Shown here: positions 41,049 through 51,511 of the stretch, one piece after another
Layout of the letters: every line of letters starts with the position of its first letter
How positions within the stretch are numbered: the stretch's first letter is position 1
Origin: a virus
Direction: 5' to 3' (one strand)
Virus record (IMG/VR): IMGVR_UViG_3300026263_000200
DNA: 64,000 bases
Notes under the pieces: model-generated
The model's database searches: none
Told to the model about the DNA's origin: nothing
What the model saw: the letters and a program-made list of their open reading frames with translations, nothing else
Translations under genes and position numbers: made by a program

Positions 41049-41316
41049 AAGATACACCTTTGCTCAAAAGGATGGTGAAGATTTTTCCTGTATAAAACTT
41101 ACCGAAGGTAAGTATAGAGGAGTAATTTTTCACTATGGTAAAGTAGAATTTGGAAAGGATGAAAATCCTGATGGTACTAAATCTATGAAGTTTGATTTTA
41201 CTGTTAGATTAAATCCTACAGAAGAGAAATTGGATCCAGATAATAAAGAATTTGTAAATTATATTGGCGACTTGTTGATAGAATTATTAGATGAGAAAGT
41301 GAAAAGTGGAAAATAA
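41002..41316 (+). CDS. Hypothetical protein (T4 gp40 position)
   Basis: Between uvsX and g41; positional only. Confidence 0.5.
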   Translation: MNTQTKNLHTDQTKNKRYTFAQKDGEDFSCIKLTEGKYRGVIFHYGKVEFGKDENPDGTKSMKFDFTVRLNPTEEKLDPDNKEFVNYIGDLLIELLDEKVKSGK

Positions 41317-41860
41317 AAATTATATTAATGTTTATGATGATGTATTAGAACCAAATCAATGTCAACACTTGGTTGATAAGTTTGAAGATTCAAAACATCA
41401 ATGGACTAAAACACAATTAAAAGGTCATAGGTCTTTTACAGAAATTAATATAAATTTACATTCAGATTGGCAAGAATATGTGGACATAGTATATAAAGTA
41501 TTGAGACCATATGTTGATAAGTATTGTGAAGATAATAATATAGATAGATTAAAACAATGGCCGAATAAATTTGGTTTTGAACAAATACGTTTTAAGAAAT
41601 ATGAAGTTAATAAGGAAGATGAATTTCAAGAACACGTTGATGTTATGGATTATGCAAGTGCAAAAAGATTTCTTGTACTCTTTTTATATTTAAAAGATAA
41701 TATAGAAGGTCATACTTCTTTTCCTGAATATGATATGAAAGTTAAACCAAAAGCAGGTAGATTATTAATGTTTCCACCTTTGTGGACTTATAAACATATA
41801 GGACATAAACCAATAAAAGAACCTAAATATATAATAGGAAGTTATTTGCATTACGTATGA
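41306..41860 (+). CDS. 2OG-Fe(II) oxygenase (prolyl-hydroxylase-like)
   Basis: FQEHVD, FLYL, GRLLMFPP.W...H. Confidence 0.85.
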   Translation: MENKNYINVYDDVLEPNQCQHLVDKFEDSKHQWTKTQLKGHRSFTEININLHSDWQEYVDIVYKVLRPYVDKYCEDNNIDRLKQWPNKFGFEQIRFKKYEVNKEDEFQEHVDVMDYASAKRFLVLFLYLKDNIEGHTSFPEYDMKVKPKAGRLLMFPPLWTYKHIGHKPIKEPKYIIGSYLHYV

Positions 41861-43230
41861 GCGAAAGATTAGAAACAACTATATTAAATAATCTCTTCTA
41901 TCAAGAAGACTATGCTAGAAAAGTATTACCTTTTTTAAAAGAAGATTACTTTGGTTTAAGAACTGAAAAGATTTTATTTACAGAAATATATAAATTTGTA
42001 GAGAAATATAATAATCTTCCAACAAAAGAATCAATCTTAATAGAATTAGGACAAAGAAAAGATATTAATGAAGAGGAACATATTCAATTAAATGATTATG
42101 TTAATTCTATAGGTAAAATAGATTCCGATCCACAATGGTTGTTAGATACAACTGAAAGATTTTGTAAAGATAAAGCAGTACATAATGCTGTATTAGATGG
42201 TATTAGAATTTTAGATAAGAAAGATAGTAAGAGAACTCCAGAAGCAATACCTAGTATATTAGCAGACGCATTAGCAGTATCTTTTGACCAACATATTGGT
42301 CACGATTATATAGAAGACGCTGATGATAGATTTAAATGGTATCATACTAAAGAAACAAAATATCAATTTGATTTAGATTATATGAATAGAATAACCAAAG
42401 GTGGTATTCCTAGTAAGACTTTGAATATTGCATTGGCAGGTACAGGTGTAGGTAAGTCTTTGTTTATGTGTCATTGTGCAAGTGCTTATTTGGCACAAGG
42501 TTTAAATGTTTTATATATAACTTTAGAAATGGCAGAAGAAAGAATTGCTGAAAGAATTGACGCAAACTTATTAGATGTAACTATGGACGATTTACATACA
42601 ATGCCAAAAGATTTATATGATAATAAGATAGAGAAGATAAGACAAAAGACTGGTGGTAAATTAATTGTTAAAGAATATCCAACAGCGTCTGCTCATAGTG
42701 GACACTTTAGAGCATTGTTTAATGAACTTTCATTAAAGAAAAGTTTTAAACCAGATGTAGTGTTCATAGATTATTTAAATATATGTGCGTCAAGTAGATT
42801 TAAAGGTGGTAATATAGGTTCTTATTTCTATATCAAAGCAATTGCAGAAGAATTAAGAGGACTTGCAGTAGAATTTAATGTACCATTGTTTTCTGCTACA
42901 CAAACAACAAGAACTGGATTTATGAGTACAGACATAGGACTAGAAGATACAGCAGAAAGTTTTGGATTACCAGCAACAGCAGACTTTATGTTTGCAATAA
43001 TATCAAATGATGATTTAGAAGCATTAGGACAGTTAAAGATTAAACAATTGAAGAATAGATATAACGACCCAGGAATTAATAGGTCATTTATTATAGGTGT
43101 TGATAGAGCCAAAATGAGATTGTATGATGTAGGACAACAAGCACAAAACATAGTAGATTCAAACCAAAAGGAGGAGGTTCCGAAACAAAAAGATATCGCT
43201 TACGATAAGTTTTCGGATTTTAAAGTATGA
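41857..43230 (+). CDS. g41: Replicative helicase gp41 (DnaB family)
   Basis: LAGTGVGKSL, TLEMAEE, IDYLNIC, ESFGLPATAD, KQLKNRY. Confidence 0.97.
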   Translation: MSERLETTILNNLFYQEDYARKVLPFLKEDYFGLRTEKILFTEIYKFVEKYNNLPTKESILIELGQRKDINEEEHIQLNDYVNSIGKIDSDPQWLLDTTERFCKDKAVHNAVLDGIRILDKKDSKRTPEAIPSILADALAVSFDQHIGHDYIEDADDRFKWYHTKETKYQFDLDYMNRITKGGIPSKTLNIALAGTGVGKSLFMCHCASAYLAQGLNVLYITLEMAEERIAERIDANLLDVTMDDLHTMPKDLYDNKIEKIRQKTGGKLIVKEYPTASAHSGHFRALFNELSLKKSFKPDVVFIDYLNICASSRFKGGNIGSYFYIKAIAEELRGLAVEFNVPLFSATQTTRTGFMSTDIGLEDTAESFGLPATADFMFAIISNDDLEALGQLKIKQLKNRYNDPGINRSFIIGVDRAKMRLYDVGQQAQNIVDSNQKEEVPKQKDIAYDKFSDFKV

Positions 43231-43772
43231 TAAACAAACCAATTTTTACAATAGATGTACACACGCAAGAAGATTTTTTAAATCAAGATGAAATAGATAG
43301 ATTAATTACTAGTATAAACAAAGCAGATTTATTAGATTATGATTTCTTTAAAGGGAATGCTAAATCAACATATGTTGCTATGCAAGAACAAAAACCTAAC
43401 ATTTTAGATTTTCATAAAGATATAGCAGATAAAATTATGAAGGAAGTTTATGTACCTAATCAAAGATTGGCTCAATCTTGGGTTAATATACAAAATAAAG
43501 GTAGTACATTAGATTTTCATAATCATCCTAATTCAGTTGTTTCTGGTGTTGTATATTTAAAAGCAAATGGAAATGATAGCAAGTTAGTCTTTCAGAATCC
43601 ACTTACTCCTATGTCACCAACAGCAATTTCTCCACACCGAGAAACTTATGAACTAACACCTAAAACAGGATTATTGGTAATGTGGCCGAGTTATTTAATG
43701 CACGGTTCAGGACCTAGTATTAATCAAAGTGATGAAAGAATAGTATTTGGTTTTAATACGTATTGGAAATAA
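43227..43772 (+). CDS. Putative 2OG-Fe(II) oxygenase
   Basis: SWVN..HNHPNSVVSGVVY..WPSYLMHG..RIVFGFN. Confidence 0.8.
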   Translation: MINKPIFTIDVHTQEDFLNQDEIDRLITSINKADLLDYDFFKGNAKSTYVAMQEQKPNILDFHKDIADKIMKEVYVPNQRLAQSWVNIQNKGSTLDFHNHPNSVVSGVVYLKANGNDSKLVFQNPLTPMSPTAISPHRETYELTPKTGLLVMWPSYLMHGSGPSINQSDERIVFGFNTYWK

Positions 43773-44245
43773 TGATAACTATTACAAAAGAATATATGGA
43801 ACAACCAAAAGATATTAGACAATCTCATTTAAATTTAAAAGATAAGTGTATTGAAAGAATATTTGAAACACAATACAGACAATCAGGTTATAGTTATTAC
43901 TTAAAAGGATTGTTAGCACACGTATTAGATACAAATATACCATTAAGAAATAAAGATGGTGTAAATGTATTACTAGCACACGCTTGCAACAATGCTAAAT
44001 GTGCTAACCCTAAACATTTATATTGGGCAACTTCTAAAGAAAATATAGCAGATAGTGGTAGTTATTATGAAAGAAATTTAAAGAAGAATGGTAAGCAATT
44101 TATCATTGATACAGCGAGAAAAGTTGCAAAAGAAAAACCACCTGGATATTTCAGTAAGATTAACAATAGAAAAGGTAAAAAACATACTTTAGAACATAGA
44201 AAAAATATATCACTAGCAATAACAAAGTGGCATAAAAATGGGTAG
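43772..44245 (+). mobile_element. Free-standing HNH/His-Cys homing-endonuclease-like gene with NUMOD3-like tail
   Basis: LAHACNNAKCANPKHLYWATSKEN (HNH-type); KGKKHTLEHRKNIS (NUMOD3-like). Confidence 0.7.
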
Positions 44246-44399
44246 ACCTAGATTTTATAAAAGTAATAAAATGATTCCTACTAAAGAATATAAAGCTAAT
44301 TGGGAAAGTATTTTTGGTAAAAAGGAAAAGAAAAAAGAAGAAGATGGCAAAACAAAAAGTAAGGTTCAGCAGAAACGACAAGAGACCAGCAAAGTATAA
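44238..44399 (+). CDS. Small basic hypothetical protein (53 aa)
   Basis: MGRPRFYKSNKMIPTKEYKANWESIFGKK; read manually; overlaps neighbours. Confidence 0.45.
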   Translation: MGRPRFYKSNKMIPTKEYKANWESIFGKKEKKKEEDGKTKSKVQQKRQETSKV

Positions 44400-44601
44400 C
44401 TATAAACTTTCTTACGAAACAAAGATGGTTAAGAAAGGTAGAAAAATACTTTGGCACGTCATAGAGAAACCAACTGGTTCGGTAGTATCAGAATTCTTTT
44501 TTGAAGAGGATGCTGAGAAGTTAGCGAAGTTCCAAAATAAGAATAAAGTCTGGCAAGAGAACGGTGGTATAGTCAAACACCTATGTTTTCAATCTAAATA
44601 A
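44344..44601 (+). CDS. Hypothetical protein
   Basis: Listed ORF 44314..44601; ATG 44344 more likely. Confidence 0.55.
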   Translation: MAKQKVRFSRNDKRPAKYNYKLSYETKMVKKGRKILWHVIEKPTGSVVSEFFFEEDAEKLAKFQNKNKVWQENGGIVKHLCFQSK

Positions 44602-44629
44602 ATCGTATATAAATAGTCATAGGAGAGAT

Positions 44630-45865
44630 ATGGCATACGAAGTTTCAGAAATAACTACAGCAACAGCATTACAAAAAACTGTACCAGAATTAGAAAAATT
44701 AACTAGAATTAATCAGTTAGTTAATTTTATAAAGGCAGGTAAGACTGGTAGGGGTATTGAGTTTGGTGATCCAAACACCAAAAACCAATTCTTAAAAAAA
44801 ATGGATCCAACTGTTCCAAAAAATCTTTCAGATATGGCAGTAGGTATATCAGCTGCTATAGCAATAAGAAAATATATGAAAGCTCCAAGTGGTAGATTAA
44901 CTGTATATATGACAGGTAATGTTTGGTCACCAGAAATTAGGGATTTTCAAGTTAGTGCTTTTGGATTTGCAGATTATAATTCAGCAGATTTGGTAGTCAC
45001 CAAAGATAAGAAAAAATTTTATGGATTTTCTTTAAAGAAAAAAGCATTTGTTAAAGATTCCGATCCAACTCTTATTAATAAAGCATTTGCTTCCACACTT
45101 GAAGGTTCAAGATTTGAGAAATTAAGACAAAAATTAGAAAAAACTAGAAGAGATTATTTTGCTAGTGTAGTTAAAGAGGCAGTAGCGAAAAAAATAATAT
45201 TGAAAAAAGATATTAAAAATTTTGATAAGTTAGATAATCAAGAATTATATGAAGCTAAAAATAGAGATAGAGACCAATTTGATAGAGCTTATATTAATAC
45301 AAAAGGATATGCTACATCTCCTAAAGGATATCTAGACTCTAATACTAGAGACCCAAAAAGTATGAGATACTTTGTTAATAATAAACTGTATGATACTAAA
45401 AATAATCCATTGTGGAAAGTTTATAAAAAAATAATTAATGAAAATTCAGAAGAGTTAGCAGAAGTTTTACTTAATATAATATTAAAGGTAAAATTATTTG
45501 ATAAACTCAATACAAAAAAATTAAAAGGTAAAGAGTTTGATTTTGCTTTAGTAACTGGTATAGGTACTGTTGTTAAAGAAAAGGTTATGATTTCACCTGG
45601 AAGAGTAGACTCATTAAAAACAACCTTATGTGGATTAACAAGAATTGATAAGAAATACAAAGGCGAGTTTGAAGTTGTGCAAAATCCTGATACACTTAAT
45701 AAATCAGACGCTGCTAAAATATTCTTTTTATTAAGAAAGGGCAGTCTTAATATGATAGATTTACGAGTTAGATATAAAGGAGATTTTGTTATTAAACCAC
45801 AATTTCAAGGTTATATGACACCTGAATTTAAAGCAGAAATTGCTAAAGAGTGTGCAGGTACTTAA
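44630..45865 (+). CDS. Late protein, possible PD-(D/E)XK restriction-like nuclease
   Basis: SADLVV...GFSLKK motif; TATAAATA at 44608-44615 and AGGAG RBS. Confidence 0.5.
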   Translation: MAYEVSEITTATALQKTVPELEKLTRINQLVNFIKAGKTGRGIEFGDPNTKNQFLKKMDPTVPKNLSDMAVGISAAIAIRKYMKAPSGRLTVYMTGNVWSPEIRDFQVSAFGFADYNSADLVVTKDKKKFYGFSLKKKAFVKDSDPTLINKAFASTLEGSRFEKLRQKLEKTRRDYFASVVKEAVAKKIILKKDIKNFDKLDNQELYEAKNRDRDQFDRAYINTKGYATSPKGYLDSNTRDPKSMRYFVNNKLYDTKNNPLWKVYKKIINENSEELAEVLLNIILKVKLFDKLNTKKLKGKEFDFALVTGIGTVVKEKVMISPGRVDSLKTTLCGLTRIDKKYKGEFEVVQNPDTLNKSDAAKIFFLLRKGSLNMIDLRVRYKGDFVIKPQFQGYMTPEFKAEIAKECAGT

Positions 45866-45939
45866 ATTATAAATAGTATTATATGATTTGTTAATGGATA
45901 TTTGAAGATAGATTATACTAATGGAATAAATGAGGAATA

Positions 45940-47154
45940 ATGTTTAGTTTTAAAGGTTTTACCACAAACGACAAGAATACACACCTAGAACACCTAGAAG
46001 ATGATATAATCAATAGAGGTTCATCTGGTGGAGTTAATGCAATTAACTTTCTAAAATCAGTAAGAGATATGCTCGCAGGTCACTCGGGAGCAAAAATCAA
46101 TACTACTGTTAAATGGGATGGGGCACCTGCTATTATATGTGGTGTCAATCCTGAAAACGGTAAATTCTTTGTTGGTACTAAATCAGTATTCAACGTTACC
46201 CCAAAAATCAATTACACAACAGCAGACATAAGACGGAACCATTCTGGTGCCGTTGCTCAAAAACTATCAGTATGTCTTAATCATTTATCCAGTTTAAATA
46301 TTAAACAAATTTTACAAGGTGATTTATTATTCACTAACGATACAAAATCAGCTTCAATTGATGGTGAAAAAATGATAACCTTTACACCAAATACAATCAC
46401 ATATGCAGTACAGGCAAGTAGCAATATTGGTAAGAAGATTGCTCGTGCTAAAATGGGTATAGTATTTCATACAATGTATACTGGTAAAGATATGAAAAGT
46501 TTAAATGCAAGTTTTGGTAATGTTAGAGGGTCAGGTAATTCAAGAGTATGGGTAGCAAGTGCTTCTTATAAAGACGACTCTGGTTCTATTACATTTACTA
46601 AATCAGAATTGAATATATTTAATGCTCAATTAAGAATGGCAGAAGGTTCATTAGGTAGAGCGAGTAAGATATTAGATGAAATGACTAAACGTGCTAGTGA
46701 CCCTTTATCTGTAGGGTTTAGATTAAAGTCATTTTTTAATCATTACATTAGAAATAACAAAGGTAGTATGGCAAAGGTTGCTGTATTGCAAGATATGTTT
46801 AGAGATTATTATGAGAACGTTTTGAAGACAGAAATTGACGCAAGAAAAACTGAAAAAGCAAAACAAAAATATAGAGATATATTAGCAAATGGATTAAAAT
46901 TTATTAATCAAAATAAATCAGGTTTATATATGGCGATAGCAAGTCACGTAACTTTAGGCAATGCGAAGAACACATTGATACAAAAGATGAATCAAATTCA
47001 ACAGATAGGACACTACATTAAAACTGGAACAGGTTATAGAGTAACAGCACCTGAAGGATATGTTGCAGTAGATAGAGTAGCGGGTGCAGTAAAAATAGTA
47101 GATAGATTAGAATTTAGTAGGGCAAACTTTACGTTGCCAAAAGGATGGAAATAA
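45940..47154 (+). CDS. Putative ATP-dependent (RNA-ligase-like) nucleotidyltransferase
   Basis: Motif I VKWDG, motif III QGDLLF, motif IV PEGYV, motif V VKIV; TATAAATA at 45868-45875. Confidence 0.65.
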   Translation: MFSFKGFTTNDKNTHLEHLEDDIINRGSSGGVNAINFLKSVRDMLAGHSGAKINTTVKWDGAPAIICGVNPENGKFFVGTKSVFNVTPKINYTTADIRRNHSGAVAQKLSVCLNHLSSLNIKQILQGDLLFTNDTKSASIDGEKMITFTPNTITYAVQASSNIGKKIARAKMGIVFHTMYTGKDMKSLNASFGNVRGSGNSRVWVASASYKDDSGSITFTKSELNIFNAQLRMAEGSLGRASKILDEMTKRASDPLSVGFRLKSFFNHYIRNNKGSMAKVAVLQDMFRDYYENVLKTEIDARKTEKAKQKYRDILANGLKFINQNKSGLYMAIASHVTLGNAKNTLIQKMNQIQQIGHYIKTGTGYRVTAPEGYVAVDRVAGAVKIVDRLEFSRANFTLPKGWK

Positions 47155-49887
47155 ATGAAGTTTAAAGAATTTTTATTACAAGAAGGTATATATGACCCAG
47201 GTATATTTAAGGCCTTCTTTATGGCAGGAGGACCTGGTAGTGGTAAATCATTTATCGCTAATAATACTTTTGTAGGTTCTGGATTAAAATTTGTAAATTC
47301 AGACCAAGTATTTGAAAGAGGTTTAAAGAAGGCAAATCTTTCAGATAAAATGCCTGACCAAGAAAAATATTTTAGAGATATTATAAGAAATAATGCAAAG
47401 GGTACAACAAAAAGACAATTAGATACTTATGTAACTGGTAGATTAGGTTTAGTTATTGACGCAACTGGAAGAGATTATGGAAGAATAAGTGCAGAATATA
47501 ATCAACTACACTCATTAGGTTATGATTGTTATATGATATTTGTTAACACAACATTACCTGTTGCGTTAGAAAGAAATCAAATTAGAAGTAGAACTATACC
47601 AGAATATATTGTTAAATCATCTTGGGAAAAAGTACAATCTAATATAGGTAAGTTTCAAAGATTATTTGGTCAATCAAATTTTATTGTAGTAGATAACAAT
47701 AGGTCAGATAAAGAACTAGTGTCACAAACTTTACAAAACTGTGACAGATTAGTTAGACGATATATGAGGCAGCCAATTAAAAGTTATCTTGCAAAAACTT
47801 GGATGGCAAAAGAAAAAATGTACAAAAATAAATTAAATGAAAGTATTATAGACGCTCCTAGAAATACATATGCACCTGGAGTTTTTGATGACTATGAAAC
47901 TAAAACACCTAGAATTAAACCTGGTGTAAGAGAAATAATTGACAATCAACTTAAAGAATTTGGTAAAGAATACCCGATTATAAAAGTTAGTTTAGTAGGT
48001 TCTATACTTACAAAGAGATATAGAAAGGACGCAGATTTAGATTTTAATGTACTGTTTGATGTACCTGTAGATAAACAAGAAGAAGAGAGATTAAGATTAT
48101 CTCATAAGTATCTATCTGCTAAAAGTCCAGAAAAGATTAATGGTAAATTAATACCTGGTACACAACACCCTATTAACTATTACATCATTACTGATCCTAT
48201 AACTCATCAAGACCAAGAGGATAAAGCAGACGCAGTATTTGATTATAGAGGTAATGTATTTACTAAAAGACCAGCAGACTATACGTTTGATATGAAATTA
48301 TATATGTCAGCATATCAAAGAAAGGTACAAGAGATAGATGTAGTTAAAGGAGAATTAAAAAGAGATATTATAGACTATGATGAACTAAAAGATTTACAAC
48401 CAGATGATATTTTAAATTTACAAGAAAAGATTAATGAGAAGTTAGAAGAGATTGAACAATCTATAAAAGATATTGTTGATATTGGAGATGATGTAATGAC
48501 TGCTAGAAGAGCAGCGTTTGATTCTGATATGACACCAGAACAAATTAAAACGTTTAGTATTAAAAATAGATTACCTAAAAATGTAGTCTATAAGATGTTA
48601 GAGAAGTATCATTATTTAAAATTCTATAAGAAATGTAAAGAGATATTAGATGATAATAAAGTTACAGACGCTGAAATAGATAGTTTAAAATCTGAAGCAG
48701 TTGCTGATAAGTCTATTGCAATTACATTTGGAAGATTTAATCCTCCTACAATAGGTCACGAAAAACTTATTAATAAAGTTGTAAGAGCAGATAGAAATTA
48801 TAAAATCTATATCAGTAGGTCAGAAGATAGTAAAAAGAATCCATTATCTCCTAGAGATAAATTATCCTTTATGAAAAAAATGTTTCCACAATATGCTAGA
48901 AACATTGAAATCAATACAACAAATATGATTTTAGATTTAGCTACTATGTTATACAATAAAGGTCATACTATTTTAAAATTTGTTGTAGGTAGTGATAGAG
49001 TAAGAGAATTTGAAACGATACTTAAAAAATATAACGACCAGAAAAATAGACACGGATACTATAACTTTAAAACAATAGATGTTATATCTGCTGGAGAGCG
49101 TGATCCAGACGCTGAGGGTGCTTCAGGTATGAGTGCGAGTAAGATGAGGGATGCTGCTACTAAAGATGATATAGCGTCATTTAAGAGAGGACTACCATCT
49201 CAATTTAGAGATGTTGATGGACTGTTTAAAGCGGTCAGAAAAGGTATGGGTATAAGAGAAGACTATAAACCAGATACTTCAAAACCTGTTATGACATTAG
49301 GACAGTTTGAACAGAAACAAGTTAGAGACCTATACGTTAGGGAGATGATATTCAATATCGGAGACCAAGTCAAGTATCTTAAAGAAGATAAACAAGGTAA
49401 GGTAGTACGAAGAGGTACGAACTATGTTGTACTAGAAGATACAAATAATAATTTACACAAATGTTGGATATGGGATTGTATTCCAGTTGCCGCTGATAAA
49501 GAACCATTGTTGAGAGAATATAACCTAGACATTGATTACGGATTTGAAGCAGTTGAAACGATACCAGTACCAAAAACATACTCACAAATTAAAGATAGTT
49601 TTGAAATAGGTGCTGATTATGCTAATCATTGTAAGCAAATGACACCAGGAGAGAAAGAGGACGCACCTCCTGTTGACTCAAAAGACCGTGGAAAACCTAC
49701 TGATACATACATATCACGACCAGGTAAGGCAACGGATGCTAAAGTTGGTGAGGATAAATTGACCGAGAAGGAAGTAAAAGAATGGTCAACTTCAGTTTCA
49801 GTAATAGATAAATATAAGGAACGATATAAAGAAGAGTGGAAAGCGAAACTAAATGAAGTAGTCGCTAAGATGATAGAGAAACTTTAG
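47155..49887 (+). CDS. Multidomain protein: P-loop kinase + Pol-beta-type nucleotidyltransferase + (T/H)xGH cytidylyl/adenylyltransferase
   Basis: AGGPGSGKS..NSD..VIDATG; LVGSI..DADLD; FGRFNPPTIGH..VGSDR..SASKMR. Confidence 0.8.
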   Translation: MKFKEFLLQEGIYDPGIFKAFFMAGGPGSGKSFIANNTFVGSGLKFVNSDQVFERGLKKANLSDKMPDQEKYFRDIIRNNAKGTTKRQLDTYVTGRLGLVIDATGRDYGRISAEYNQLHSLGYDCYMIFVNTTLPVALERNQIRSRTIPEYIVKSSWEKVQSNIGKFQRLFGQSNFIVVDNNRSDKELVSQTLQNCDRLVRRYMRQPIKSYLAKTWMAKEKMYKNKLNESIIDAPRNTYAPGVFDDYETKTPRIKPGVREIIDNQLKEFGKEYPIIKVSLVGSILTKRYRKDADLDFNVLFDVPVDKQEEERLRLSHKYLSAKSPEKINGKLIPGTQHPINYYIITDPITHQDQEDKADAVFDYRGNVFTKRPADYTFDMKLYMSAYQRKVQEIDVVKGELKRDIIDYDELKDLQPDDILNLQEKINEKLEEIEQSIKDIVDIGDDVMTARRAAFDSDMTPEQIKTFSIKNRLPKNVVYKMLEKYHYLKFYKKCKEILDDNKVTDAEIDSLKSEAVADKSIAITFGRFNPPTIGHEKLINKVVRADRNYKIYISRSEDSKKNPLSPRDKLSFMKKMFPQYARNIEINTTNMILDLATMLYNKGHTILKFVVGSDRVREFETILKKYNDQKNRHGYYNFKTIDVISAGERDPDAEGASGMSASKMRDAATKDDIASFKRGLPSQFRDVDGLFKAVRKGMGIREDYKPDTSKPVMTLGQFEQKQVRDLYVREMIFNIGDQVKYLKEDKQGKVVRRGTNYVVLEDTNNNLHKCWIWDCIPVAADKEPLLREYNLDIDYGFEAVETIPVPKTYSQIKDSFEIGADYANHCKQMTPGEKEDAPPVDSKDRGKPTDTYISRPGKATDAKVGEDKLTEKEVKEWSTSVSVIDKYKERYKEEWKAKLNEVVAKMIEKL

Positions 49888-49895
49888 AGAGAGAA

Positions 49896-50318
49896 ATGGC
49901 AACTAAATTCAAAGAATACGTACATAACCTATACATTGCTGAAAGCTCGGCTATGGTACTAAAGGGAGTTGACGATTACCTTAAAATTGCTAGGGAAAAA
50001 ATTAAAAGACACCCACAATTTGCTAATTTATATAGAGACCAAAAACGTGATGTAGCCACTAGCATAGGTGGTAAGTATATAAAGATTTGGGATACTGAAC
50101 GAGGACAAAGAAGAGCTATACACGCTTTTGTAGATAAAATTACAGGAGATGTTTTAAAGGCGGCTGGTGTTAATGCTCCAGCAAAAGGTGCCAGAGGAAA
50201 TGTTTTAGACAAAAAGTATATGGACTCATTAAACCGTGTATTTGATACTCACGGTGGACATTTATATAGCAGACACAGTTTATCATACAATTTCAAGAGA
50301 GATAATAAATTCAAATAA
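49896..50318 (+). CDS. Hypothetical phage protein
   Basis: KYIKI..HAFVDKITGDVLKAAG.NAPAKGARGNV; capsid-targeting-like N-terminus. Confidence 0.6.
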   Translation: MATKFKEYVHNLYIAESSAMVLKGVDDYLKIAREKIKRHPQFANLYRDQKRDVATSIGGKYIKIWDTERGQRRAIHAFVDKITGDVLKAAGVNAPAKGARGNVLDKKYMDSLNRVFDTHGGHLYSRHSLSYNFKRDNKFK

Positions 50319-50319
50319 A

Positions 50320-51495
50320 ATGGGCACGTTAAAAGAAGAACTAGAAAGATGGAAGTCAAGTAGGTATAGAAAACCTATGAGTGTTGCTCTTGCAGAAGTA
50401 AAAGAAAGACACGATTGCTCTAAAGTACACCCTGGTAAAAGACACCAAGAGTGGATGAATACTGAACCAGTTAAACACGTTAAAGAAGAAAGATTTGATG
50501 AAGGTAGAATGAAAGATATCTACACGATGGATCAAGAAGGTAAATCTGCTGAAGATATTGCCAATAGATTAAACATAAAAGTATCAACTGTTAAATCCAT
50601 TTTAGGAGAACAAGTTGACACATTACAGGAATTTACAGACAGTCAAATATTACAACTTAAAAAAGATTATGCACCACTAAAAGGAAAAACAATTAGTGGA
50701 ACAAATGCTAATAAGTTGATGAGAATATTTGATAAGTTTGATAAGAATAAACAGCTTTTAGTTAAATTATTAAAAGCAAACATTCCATTTGTGTCAATGT
50801 TAGCGCAAGCAAGACTCATTTCAAGACACGGAGCAAACGCTTCCCAGTTGGCACAAATGAGAAAAGAAGAATTAGAAGAAGCAAAATCACCATTTAGATT
50901 ATCTTATGACGACAAGTATGGCAAACACGCAGGTTTTGAAGACGCAAAAACATTACAAGATTTACAAAACAAAGCACAGAAATTAAGAGCTAAAGGATTT
51001 AAGATTAATAAAATGGGTAGAAATACATCACCTGTTGAACAAAAACTACCAGAACCAGAAGGTAAAACAGAAGTACCAGAAGCGTTTGCTGTACAAGTTA
51101 CTAAAATGGATGGTGGTAAATTTATACACGGCAGTTATAAAACTAAAGCAGAAGCAGAAAAATGGATTAAGTGGTATAAAACTGGTGACGTAAGACAAAC
51201 TAAATCAATAGAAATTGTTAAAGAAGGTGTTTCAGATTTTTATACACCTAAAATGAGTGATAAACAAATTGCTAATATTAAGAACGTATGGAAGAATAAA
51301 AAAGCAACAGATGTAACCGACGCTGTTAGACAAATGATTAAGAGAATGGACGTACCTACACAACTAGCAATTAAATCAGCAGACATACCACACATATCAA
51401 AATTAATTGAAATTGCTACTCACGGTCACGGTCCTAGAGCAACCTTTGAGAGATTGTGGTTGAAACATAAACGAGGAGATAAAGCAGGTAAATAA
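50320..51495 (+). CDS. Hypothetical protein, probable internal head protein
   Basis: Listed 50236..51495; ATG 50320 more likely; segments separated by xxE sites. Confidence 0.55.
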   Translation: MGTLKEELERWKSSRYRKPMSVALAEVKERHDCSKVHPGKRHQEWMNTEPVKHVKEERFDEGRMKDIYTMDQEGKSAEDIANRLNIKVSTVKSILGEQVDTLQEFTDSQILQLKKDYAPLKGKTISGTNANKLMRIFDKFDKNKQLLVKLLKANIPFVSMLAQARLISRHGANASQLAQMRKEELEEAKSPFRLSYDDKYGKHAGFEDAKTLQDLQNKAQKLRAKGFKINKMGRNTSPVEQKLPEPEGKTEVPEAFAVQVTKMDGGKFIHGSYKTKAEAEKWIKWYKTGDVRQTKSIEIVKEGVSDFYTPKMSDKQIANIKNVWKNKKATDVTDAVRQMIKRMDVPTQLAIKSADIPHISKLIEIATHGHGPRATFERLWLKHKRGDKAGK

Positions 51496-51511
51496 CCTTA
51501 TAAATAGTACT

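Noticed and set aside
47840-48696. CBASS/cGAS-like cyclase call for the Pol-beta NTase domain
   Set aside because: Only the generic GS..DxD motif is visible and there is no adjacent effector; the family cannot be assigned by eye
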